Positions 14,701 to 27,400 of a stretch of 64,000 nucleotides of DNA are shown here, piece after piece. The notes beneath the pieces were generated by a model. The model was not told where the DNA came from and searched no databases. It was given only the letters and a program-made list of their open reading frames with translations. Source of the stretch: Tubiluchus corallicola (taxonomy: Eukaryota > Animalia > Priapulida); contig JAQGDQ010000046.1 in NCBI GenBank assembly GCA_030141605.1, positions 620,001 through 684,000 on the forward strand. Reading direction: 5' to 3'. The first letter of the stretch is position 1. Every line of letters starts with the position of its first letter. A program made the translations under genes and the position numbers.

Positions 14701-17700
14701 CATGACCTACACATTTAATGATAAAAATGGCGGTGCTTAGTTTCCTGAGCGACCATAAAATAAGGTTAACCGACAGCCCTTATATACAGCCCGGAACATG
14801 TCCCATCTTTGACAATTTTGTCCCCTGTCCTCTCAGGGACATCCTGTATTTAGTTCGTTTTCAAATTTCGTAATAAAAATATATTTTTACTACCTTCTCA
14901 CAGTTCTTAGTTGTAACTTTATAAGTAATTATAAATTCTTTTTCTAGACTAACTTGATGAAAATAATTGAAATGTAATGAGTAAACCATATAGCTAGCGT
15001 TACTAGAAGTTCACACAAAACTGACGTGTTTGCAACTTTGTTCAGTTGCTCTGATTACCATTTTGCACTACAACTTGAATAAGTTTTTAGTTTATTTTCT
15101 GTTTTGCTTGTATTAAAATTATTTTCCTTTACACTTTTATATTGTCTCTATTGAATAATAATTTTGCAGTGATTTCACTTTCTCAGCATCTCTTTTAGTT
15201 ATCTGTATTGCCTATATTAAATAATAATAATAATGCTCTGTTGTCTGTTTTCAAATGATTTCACTTTTACAGATTTTTTAGCTTGTATTAAATAATTTTT
15301 AAATGATTTTACTTCTGTTTTCCTCATACCCATATTTAAATCTTGCTTTATAACTTATGTCTCAACTTTCATAATAAATTATATTGGTGCAGGCATGTAT
15401 AAATTTATATATATATATAATGTGTATAGTAATATATAGAGAGATTTTAAGGGTGTCCCGCATTTCTAATTTTCCGATCTGACAACCCTATCTTAAAATT
15501 AACTTGCTGAAAGCATTAAAACATTAAAATGCACAATTAGTCATAGTATTAGTAAAATATTTGTAATAGACAATTCAAGACAATCGGAATAACTCAAAAT
15601 GAGCAAGGGCATCTCGTATCTCGTACGTATTAAAATTTTTTATGCTTAATAAAAACTAAATGGCTAAGCAAGTAAGCTAACTAATGTTTCAACTTACCAT
15701 CCATCTTCTGTACCCAGCCACATTGTAGACTGCTGTGGATTGTTGCTCTGACTGATAGTCAGTGTGGAATCTTCCTTGTCAGATTCTCGAGAACTGTTGG
15801 TGTCTTTGATCTTGTGAATTTTATTGCTGTCACCTTCTGAAAAATCCAGAGTTATGTCCATTGTGTATTATTTGCAAATTGCAAAAACAAAAAGCATTCA
15901 ACGATCATCTTATCCATCATTTGGGACTACAAGCACTAATTATCAACACAAAGATTTTGGATTCAGAAAGAAATGATTTTCTGACTTTCTCTTTGAAAAT
16001 TATGAGTGTCTACACTCTAGCTAAGAACTATCTACACTCCACCATAATGAGCCAAGTTGTTTAAAGCAAACTGGACATATCACATGTGGCATGAAATTAT
16101 AATAATGATGATGATTAAAAGCTTAACGAAACTTAATTTACATCGCCTACTACAGCACTACCCATGATACAGACTTTGCTCACTATTGATAAGCTAATAG
16201 GCTCGTATTGGGGTTTAAAAGTGTACTGTCAGTGCAAGATATTATAGATCTAGATTTATATAATTAACACTTTGAGTAATTATAAAGACATTTATTATAC
16301 AATTCCCGGGGCCTGATATCAATCTGCAATATGAACAATCTTTTATCTCTTGTTAACATGCCTTGCACATGCCAACAACACAAAAATCACATGGCATATT
16401 TTGGAGTAGAAATGAAAAATAGAAAATTCTCACACCGCTGACACATGATCAACCTGATCATTCAACTGCAGTGAAAACAAGATTAATGGAAATTATGTGT
16501 GTATTGTGGAATCCCATTGGCTAAAGACAATTTACATATACTGTGCATAGTCAATAACAGCAGTTATCAAATTTTTTTACTGTCATAAAACTACATTGGT
16601 AAAAAAAGAATAGGTTTGGCACAGTAAGCTTCACTCTGGATCAGTTGCATTCACACACGCCTCATTTTATCAACTTGAAAAATAATGCAAATGTAAAGTT
16701 TATTGTCCGCAGACAATTTGATTCATTATTTGATTTCGCATCTTCAGTACGTATTACATAAACCCCATTATCAATTAAAATGTTATTCATTATTTTAGAT
16801 AGTTGCTTCAGCAGCTTAACCATCATTTATTTTCACTACTGCCCATTATTTGTGCACTTACCACCACCACTGTCCCGCTGATCTGCCTCATCTTCACTGG
16901 TATCACTGTGGCTTTCCATTTGCAGAAAACTTTGTCTCTGCACTTCATCCTCTCCGTCTTCTCTCATCACTGGGATGTCAGGTTTCTGAGATTTGAATGC
17001 CATGCGGCGCAAATTAGCATCCAACCTAAAATGCAGCTAAACTGTAAATCCTATGCATGGTATCTCTAACATAAAATTATAAGTTAAAATCTAATGTTAA
17101 AATGTCGCATTGTGCTACAACATAAAATATTTCGACCACTGTTTTTGAATAACAAGATAATAGTTCTTGATAACCGTTGGCCAATGATCAACAATAGTTG
17201 TTTTCATTTTCAATACTTTAGTTTATGGTCAGCGGGTACATTTCTCTGAAGATCATGTGTAATGCAACAAACTGAAATCAAGCCAAGAAAATTACTGACT
17301 TTGTAAAGTATTCCATCAAGGAAAGAGAAAGGAAAAGACAGTAATACAGAGGAAAGAAAAGGGAAAGAAGGTGAATAGAGAATGAAAGGAGAGAAAGGGA
17401 AGCAACAGAGCAAGGCAAGAGGAGGGAAAGAGAAGTAAAGGGAGGGGGAATGATGCAGAGGGGGAAATTAAGCAGCAAAAAGAAAGAAAAAGTCAAGTGA
17501 GAAAAGTAGGCTAAAGGAGACAAAACAGAGGAGAGGAGAAAAAGTAGAATGCATAAAGTAGAACAGGACCGAGTAGAGTCGTACCAAGCAGGGGGAAGAT
17601 GAGAGAAGAGGACAGGAGGGCCTGTCCTGGGTTGGACAGCAGAGTGTTCTAAATTTCGGAGTGCAACCATGCAGGCTTGAGTTCGAGTCTAGCATCTGCC

Positions 17701-20700
17701 TTCACTAGGACATATATCCTCTGCATGTTATTCATTATATATGTTATGCCGTTGCAGCCTTGCCGGTGTTGCTATTTGTTAAATGAGCAATGATAAATAA
17801 ATTTCGTCTTTTATTCTTTAGAGAAAAGGAGAAGAAAAGTGAGGAAATAGGAGAGGGGAGAAGAGAGGAGAGGAGGGAAGAGTAGAGGAGAGGAGAGGAG
17901 AGGAGAGAGGAGAGGAGAGGAGAGGAGAGGAGAGGAGAGGAAAGGAAAGGGTAAAGTAGGGTAGGGAACGAGAGGAGAAGGGATGGGAGAGGATGGGAGA
18001 AGAAGAGAGAGGAAAGAGGACAAGAGAGGAGAAGAAAGGAATACAAATAAACAAAACCACACAAAAATCATCCTGGAAAAAGACATAATAGGCCTGAAGC
18101 CATCCCAATATTCTTTAAATGTAATATCGGACATATACTTACTGAGCAACAGCAGGGACTGAAGCTACACATAGTATTCGTGCATTGCACACTCCATTAC
18201 AAGAAGTGACTTCTGGTTCAGGTTGAAGACAGAGAACACATACTTGGCCCACGTATCCATCACTATTGCACACCCATACATCACGCAGATTGAAGGCATT
18301 AAGGTCTAGTGTTGCAGCAGCACATGTAAACTGGAGACCAGCTCGCGTTTTACGAATAGGTAATGCCTTCACGAATTCCGGAGGTATTCTACTGTGCGAT
18401 GATGGTGCTGGAAGAAAATAATTTTATTTTATTTTTATGTACTGGAAAAAAACATGTGCTTACCTCGACAATACGTGACTACATAACATCAGAGGCGTCT
18501 ATCTTTTATTTAGACATATTATATTTACATTATTCGCTTACATTTGGAAAGTTTTTCTTTGGCATCAAGGAAGTCTCGTTCCCATCCTAATCGTTTTTCA
18601 GCACTCCAGAATAACACAGATATGTTTTCAATGCCATCCCTGCAAGTGTGATGTAATCACAGAAATTATGTTAGATAATGCTTAAGAAGCTAAACTAGAT
18701 TTAATTAAGGATTTTGAGGAAAAGACACACCACTGCTATACAGCTATCTAATGCAAAATGCACTACAACATGAACTAGATGAAACAACATCAACAAAAGT
18801 CACGAAATTTTTCTTTTTCGTGTCTAAAGGTTTATTAATAAATTGGAAATGTAAACATGTTCCTGACAAACAATGCTTATATTGTGTTCAACAAAACCTT
18901 GCCTACAACAAAAAAATAACCTTAAAATTAAAATTACGTTTTATACTTTGAAATTCTAAAATTAATTAATAATTATACAATTCAATATTCCAAAAATTAA
19001 AAGAAAAATAAAACCCCTATTAATTATCTAAAAGTGCAAAATCCAGATAGAAAAAAGAGCAAAAAATTTAAAATTTTATTTTCTAGCAAACTAATGAAAA
19101 AAGCTTACAGATAATTATATGCAACAGTATTATGAATGTTGTCAGTTAGCCTATATCCTGCATCATATAATCACATGAACATGATACACATGTTGGTTTG
19201 CAATCAATACTCTCAGGTAAACAGTGATTGCAGTACATACGTGTGAATCAACTTGTCAACAACAAACGGGGCTACTTACACATTCGTCTGCGATCTCCTC
19301 CATAATAATTAATTAGCTGCATTTTGTTGCCGCACAGCATTAATCATTTAATCAAGCTTGGACATGTGTATTAATCAAGTCAAAATTTTAATATATCAAC
19401 TAAGAAAAAGCTGTCTGGCTAAATTTCCTAAACCATTGACAACTTGGGCAATAGTTGACTCTCAAATCTAATTATGACAAATTCTACCAATATACAGTCA
19501 TAGAAATAATGTTGTAAATGATGCCAAACTCTCAGCTATATTTAAGTTAATATCTATTGCAGCAGCTGCTATTACTTAATATGCCACGTCAGTTAGCGAT
19601 ATAAAATCAAAAGCAGCACTGCCAACATTTGGACATAAAACTAAGTATAATTAGAAAACTTCATGATAAAGTTAATTTTATAATTATGTAATGCGTACAT
19701 GTAGCGGTTAAGAGGTAAAGGCATCACATTTAATCCATTACAAACTTATACTTCATATTGTCCACAGTATACTTTTGATTGGCTCCATCTTGACATCTCA
19801 TTTAAAAAAAAATCTACTAGCACTTCTTTGCGATTTGGGACCATTGTGCAACAATTATATAAAAAAACACATGGAATAATTTGTAGTTGCCTGTTCAAGT
19901 TATGTGAAAATGTGTAAACAAAAGGTGTTAGCTATGCAAAAACTATTTTAGTAGACAAGTATGTGAATCTGGTGGTTGGTTACTAATTACTTATTGCCCA
20001 GTGCTCACTAGTAATGCACTTACTCTGTGGTGACACCCAGGTCCAGCCTGGTGTACATAGGATCAGTATTTACATTAGCTATCTTCCCATCTGTCATCTG
20101 CTTATTTACAGCTTCCATCATATCACGTATAAGCTCGTCTAGTGTCTATAACAACACATGATTAATGCTATTAACAAACATATTTTGAAATTAAAGACAC
20201 AGTAGCTAATTGTAAAATCAACTATAATAAAAAATTTTGTCACATTTGCAACTAATCTTTTAAGTTGCTTGCTGCAGAATGAAGAAAAGAAATGTTTTCT
20301 TCGTTCATTAAGAGATTAAGATTAGACTCCATGTTTGCATTCAGTATACTATAATCAATAAGTAATTATTTCAGTTTGCAGTTATAGGGCCAGTGCACCT
20401 TTTTGGCATCCGGCATTATACAGCTCATACAATCTCATTATCACAATGTAGGGCCACGATTAAACACAAGATAAAACAAAGATAATGCATCTTTGCAGAA
20501 ACAATAAAGTTTTAAATATAAATAAAAACAGCCTTTACTTTCAAGTTAAAAAACATTATAATATGGAACTTCACGAAATTTCAGCTGTGACATTTTTAAT
20601 TAAAAGCCAGAATGAGTATTGTTTTTTATCAAATGTAAAAAAAACCGAATGTAGAAAATTTTGATACAAGTAAGATTGGTACTATCAAGTTTGGAACAGG

Positions 20701-23700
20701 TAAAATTGGTATGAGGAAAATTTGGTAATAGAAATTTCTAGCATGTGGTGATTTTGGTAGAGGCAAATTTGGTACAATGATCTTTAAGTACAAGGAATAT
20801 TTAGTACAAGGAAAATCTAGCATGGTGGATGTTTGATATGAGGAAAATACGGTACCAGCATATTGTTTAATACAAAGAAACACTGGTACAAGGTGTGGTG
20901 AAGTTAGTTAATGTGCCGCTCGTGTAAGCGAGGATTTCCCATATACACTCATATCTCGGTTTGCTTGACTTCGCTTTAATGGTATCGGAAAAACTGGACA
21001 AAATCTGAACCGATGAAAGTCCCGCATACTACGGACACAGCACATTGTTTTGCAAGCTGACTGGTAGTTGGCGGTCCGACACTTTGTTTACATCATTACA
21101 TCACTGTAACCAAACAGCATGTAACAACACGAGTGTAGCTAGTATGTCAGCAGCAGCCCGTACTAGACATTTTTGGGACAATTAGGCAATTGACTCTACA
21201 CTACCATGAGTCTAATACATGGCGTCCTACTGTATTAGCTTAGTATTGGTAAATACGGACGTCGGCAAGTGCAGACCGATGTCTCCCTGTTTTTGTCCAG
21301 CAAACCAAGATATGAGTGTATGTAAAATGTCGTAGAGTGGTTTCTAAGTTGTTTAAAGCCAATAAATTTTTGCTACCACTTAAATAATGGTTTTACGTCT
21401 CAATAACTCTACAACACAAGGAAGTTTCGTACTAGGAAAGTTTGGTACTGGAAAATTAGGTACTAAGCGAAAAAGAAAGCATTTCTATATCTCAATATAA
21501 AATAATGGTTTTAACTGAAAATTGGGGAAGCTTCCCTATAGGGAGGTTTATCCAATAGGGATGAAATGTGATCCTAAGGAAGTCTACTTTATTAAAGAGC
21601 TCACAAAACATCATAGTCAATAGTGCGTATCAGCTAAAATTTTATCGGTGTTTATTCCACCCAAGTACATTTGAGAATTTGATCAGTAAAATCTAAAAAA
21701 TCACCATCTCACAATGCAAATTTTATGAAAGCTTGGTCAATTTGTATTTTTTGGAAAAAATAATCTTTTCTTTGTTTTTTTCTGTACAAAACTTATCAAG
21801 AGGAGATGAGAACAAGGCACTGAAGGCCAAGGATATCACTGAAGGAGAACATCCTACATAAGCATAGTATGGTTTCCAGCAAGGCCCACAAATTGGAGTG
21901 AGAACTGTTCTTCTTGAAGCTCCTGCTGTTGCTACTGCTGCTGGCAGTAGTGACAGTGATGGGGTAAAGTTGCCTTGATGCTGTTGTTGGCAGCGGCAAT
22001 GTCATCATCATGATCACAGTTATCACTGTCATTGAAATTGCCATTGTTTCAAGTTGACACATTGTTGCTTCTGCATCTTGATTTTGCTTTTACTGTTGCT
22101 AATACGGTGATAGATAGAGAAGCATGATGGAAGTGATGATGATAATGATGATGACTAACACATCGATGAAGATGGTTATGATGGTGGTGACACTGACTCA
22201 CACATATAAATATTATGAGCTAGAGTAGGAGCGATTTCATAGTCTTTGGTGTTACGGCTGCCGAAACGAATCCCTCATCTCCTACATGGAAAGAAGACGT
22301 CTTACTATACCATACCATCACACTATACTGCCCAGTCTTTCACACGGCATAGCTAGTTCATTCAGTTACCTTTTTCAAAACACTCAGTAGCAGTTTTATA
22401 CATACTGAGTTTGTAGGGTTGCAACACATTCCATCTATTAAAAATCTAAATTTTTATAGTTACAGCTTCGTTGGTATCAATGGGAATTTTAGGTTTGGCA
22501 TGTTAAATTTTCTCAATGCGCGCATGTCTCTTTAACTGTGTCTTTTTAACCTTAATATGGACCTCTTTAACTTGCTCGAGAAGGTTATATAAAAGTTATT
22601 TTCATAGTATCAAACTTTCACTACATCAAATTTTCCAGGTATCAAAATTATCAGAACCAAATTTACCTGTACCAAACTTACTGCATAGTAAAATAACTAG
22701 ATCTGAAAATTAGGTTGTTGTGCCCTCAGTCAAGCATTGCTTTTTTGAACAGGGGCTTGCTCTCCACATAGACAAATGTAACACACTAATCCTTTGCATC
22801 ACTTTTTACGACGAACTTTTGTTATTTAACCTGTTATGGCAGCGTACATGTAAAAACATATATTTGCAGTAGTTTATACCTCATGCGATATGGACAATGA
22901 AGAAGCCAAGTCGCTGATACGACCTAAAGTGTGCATGTCTTGCTCTAGGTTGTCTTTGTCAGCTATCACCTTGTCTGTTGTTAATGGAACAGCTAAAATG
23001 TCAAAAAATTGTAACTGTCATTTCTAGTGCCGATTAGAATTATGTGCATTAGCCTTCAACGAACAGTTTTTTGAGCACTGAATTTTAGAATAAGGAAAAG
23101 AGTAAGAAGAGTGATATAGCATTTCTCTTATTCACTTAATTTGCAAAACATTAAAACATTAAACAGATATTCATCATTTTCAACAAAGATTTTTAATAAT
23201 AATAACAAAATACTTTTTTACATATTAGCGAACTTGTAAATTCACATAAAAGTCACACTTCTGCTTTTTCAATGTGCACGGGTGTGTTAACCAATAGGCT
23301 AATAAGGCTATAGCTTGGGGCGTCAAAGTTTGAGGACATCAAATTTTAGAAAAAATTCTTATTCTCCTCAGAAAATGTGTATACTTTTATATTCATGTAG
23401 AGAGCAGTTTATAACGCACAACAGGCAGTTACTGAGAGCAGCTGTTATAAGTGTCACATAATGAACTTGGGTAATATATTATACAAGCAGTTGCATAGCC
23501 TATGGGAATATAAGAGTTATGCATGTACATATAATTAAAAATAACTACGTAGAAAGTAGACTAATAGTGCTTCTAATACACCACAAGTAATTGTTAAATC
23601 TGCTCATTACATAAGTAACCATAAATTCACAATAGAGATGACTGGGACAGAACTATCAACCTACAGCATCATAAAGTCTCAATACGCTCCTGTCAATGTG

Positions 23701-24410
23701 TAGCCGCATTTTTTTGTTTAGTGGTATCTTTTTCATTTTACAGGTGCTAATTACTAAGTAGCCATGAGCCTGTAACAAATTTCCCTGATTAGTGAGAAAT
23801 TGCTGATTAATGACAAAAATACTATAAAAGCACCCACAAACAGAAGAACGCACACTTTACTTACATTTAACAATGTCAAGATCAGCTAATGAAATCTTCA
23901 TTAATAATTTGTATTTGTTTGACTCCAGAGTCATATATCCCAAAGATGATAAAGAACTGAAATAAGTTAAAAAGCAATGTTACATCTTATGTCAGCAAGT
24001 ATATAAAAGCGTTTGTGCCTCATGCATTATACATATATGGATGTTACTATGCATTTTATTGAAGCAAAATTGCATGCAGCATGTGTGTGTGTGTGTGCGT
24101 TATTAGCTCTTATGCAAATACATATACAACTAAATAACTCGCCGAAAAATGCATTAGCTCTAACATTATAGCAGCGATTCGGATTCTGAAACAGACCAAT
24201 TAGTTTGTTGTTGCTTATGCTGATATATTCAAACACAAAAAACACTTACAGGGTTTGGGAGGATTTTCGTATTGTTCCACTTTTCCGTTTCACTGTTGTT
24301 ATAATAAGGAGATCAGAACACAAGAACATACAGCGTTCTTTTTTTGCACCTAGGTGATTCTGCAAAACATCAAATTTATGTTACTAAACTAAGTAAAAAA
24401 CATAGAGAAA

Positions 24411-24442
<32 letters not shown>

Positions 24443-27400
24443 AAATGTTATTAATGGTTACTAAATACGTTAGACAAAAGCACTGCCTTTATGAAAGACT
24501 GAAACAATTCAGAGTTGCCTAAAACCATGTGAAAGACATGCATGTATTGAAAAATTTGAAAATTGATCTTGAGCATTATGATGAATAAGTTGTTGTGACA
24601 AGAGATGTCTAGCAGGTCATTTATAACTGCCTTTGGCAGTAGTAAATTAAGACTAAATGGTTTACTATATCAAACGTCTCAGACTTCACCCACGGTATGT
24701 AGTATATGAGCTTTGTAGTTCCCCCACATTCGTAGTATTTCGTTCTTCTTGAAGGAAACCTTAGATATTAATTTAAATGTACAAACATTCATATACATGT
24801 ATATAATTGAAATGTACGTATTAATATAATTATACATACAATTATGGTAACTATGTCATAACGGACGAACGTCCTATCCACTTGCACGAGCTGCAAAAAA
24901 TTATACCACAAATGAACATAATGCAATCCATTCCAAGCTTGTATAAATTGTTTTAAGACTATCATAAAATTGCTTGGCCAATTTTAATATTAATGAAAAT
25001 TGAATTTACTAAATGTAGAAAAAATACATTTTGCATTATATAAAAGAGCTGACTTTAAATTTTGAGTTTTCTTTCTGCAAAACTCTGAAAGAGGTGATAA
25101 CAAACTAGTCCGTAATGCAAAACATAAGATTTCTTGTTTGGCACACGTGTGTACATTTTGCTTGCACGTATTTGTAAATAACGTACAAACATTAGTAACA
25201 TGCTGTGCTTTACATGATGCCGTGATATCACAATAGGAAAAAATGACACCACACACCAGAACAAAGCATCACACAGCGTTAGATTTTCGTCAAATTTTGC
25301 AAGAATTCAAATAGATACTCGCAATGGCAAGTTACGAGAATCACCTGCATCTAAATTTAACAAAAGGACATAGTTTTACAGTGAATATTTTAATGAAATA
25401 GGTTATATTTAAGTGTTTCAAATTGATTTTTTCTGATTAAGTATGTTAATAACTTAGTGGAGCAATAGAATCACGAAAAGCATAAAAAGTTCAGTATCTT
25501 TATTTTCTTTGTCAAATTTTAAAAACAAATTTAAAAACCGTATAGAACGAAGTTGAACATTTTTTGAGGCATTATAATACATGCCATTATTAATGACATA
25601 TTTTACAACTTTTCCTTTATACTATGCTTTTTGCAGTTTTGTTTGCACACTTTGCACACCACACTTTATTTGACTTCATTTGACTTGAATTCATCTTAAA
25701 TCATTTAAATCATCTTCTCAGAATCTCGTTTTTCCAAAGCTGCCTCTGAAGATTTTCCAAATGTCATGTACCCCTCTGAAACCATGTGCAGTATTCTAGA
25801 TAAGGTCTAACCAAACCAATGTATAATTTCAATATAATTTCTTTTTTGTAGAAACAATGTGCTTCTTTATCATCTCTAAAATTTTATTTACTTTGGAATG
25901 CCATTACTGGAAAGACATATTACTGATGGAAGAAGTGCAAAGGCATACTACGAGAATAATATTTGGTTGTAAAAATCTCTACTTCACATATTTAGAAAGA
26001 TGAAGGTATTGACCTCACATGAATTAGGAAGACACCGTTGAGATCTTACTGAAGTTTACAAAATACTGACTAGGAAAGAAAACATTTTGCCTGAAAATTT
26101 CTTTGACTTAGATGTTGATTAAAAAACTATAGGACAGTTTAAAACATTTTAAAGAGAGGTAACATCTCCATATTCATAAATATTCGTTTACTGTGAGAGT
26201 AGTGATTGCTGCAACAACTCTAGTAAAGTTTAAATCTTTAATTGATGATTTTTTTTTGAAAAATAACAGGTTTCTAATCAGTGTGCTTGCTTAACTCCTA
26301 ATCATGACAACATAATAATATCTGATGTAACTTGAGCACTTGATCCTTGTCATCATTGATGATCTAAATTGGTTAATAAAATCTTGGCAACACAGACGCA
26401 TCTAATAAACAATTGTACTCACGTCCGTTAAACCCTCTATCACGTTTTCAACTTCCCTGAGTCGATTCTGTTGATACTCGGCTACTTCCGTTTCGTGTTC
26501 AATCCTGTTTATCTTCACGGCTAGCTCATGAACTTCTCGCTGTGCACCGACCAGCAACCGATGATCTGGATGATCTATGTGCGTATGCTTCAAGAGTTCC
26601 TGTAAAATTGAACATATTCAAGGTAAGGCCTGGTTATAGTTAAAAAAACAGAATTAGTTCCTGAACTTTATGTCACAAATAAAAGCACATGGAATGCTTT
26701 CATGAAAAATTTCACTATTCCTGAAATCAGGGACTGGTTATAATGGGATGCTATAATTTCTCCATCAATGTGGAAAAGAGCTGAAGAATCAAAGCAAAAA
26801 ACCTGATTAATACTGATCAGTCATTATCTGTTAAGTACATTAAATATGATCTCCTGTCTTCTGCATGAATTTTAATAAGACAGACCTATTGTTAGTCATT
26901 GTCATAATTAGCTTCCATGGCTCTAACTCTACGTATTATAGAATGAATCAGGTAACCAGGTTGATGAGGCAATACAATTTACTCAAACAATTCTCAAATG
27001 TTTAATGAACCTGTAAGCCACTATCTTTTCCAACATTATAAATATAATTATACTAAATAAAGCATAACATCATTCACCAAAAGCACTTTGATGATTAAAA
27101 TCGTATTGTTTATACTAAACTAAAGCTCTCCCGTGCCAATTTTTTGCATTGCTTAGAACTTCTTACTTCAATAAGTAGCATTAAGATTAATTTCTGTTAC
27201 TGTTATAACCACTTGAAAAGAAAGATATAGGCTTTATTTGTGCGCATATGATTTTATATATATATATCAATCCTGAAGCTAGATGATTATGTACAGCTGA
27301 ACACGTCATGAATGTTAGTGAAATTTGTGAATTCTGACATACATAAATTTTACTATACGAATTTTTCCAAAAGATGCAATTTTTTGCAACCCAATCAGTG

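Larger units (their letters stand above)
20640..22710. mobile_element. Degenerate element with inverted arrays of about 15-bp subterminal repeats
   Basis: GGTACAAGGAAAATTT-like units at 20650-20890 and 21415-21465; reverse-complement units (AAATTTACCTGTACC) at 22600-22700. Confidence 0.5.

Noticed and set aside
17630-17700. GTTCGAGTC B-box suggesting a tRNA
   Set aside because: No cloverleaf; at most a decayed SINE head.
17210-18149. Several Leu/Ser/Pro-rich ORFs
   Set aside because: They arise from GA-rich low-complexity intron sequence.
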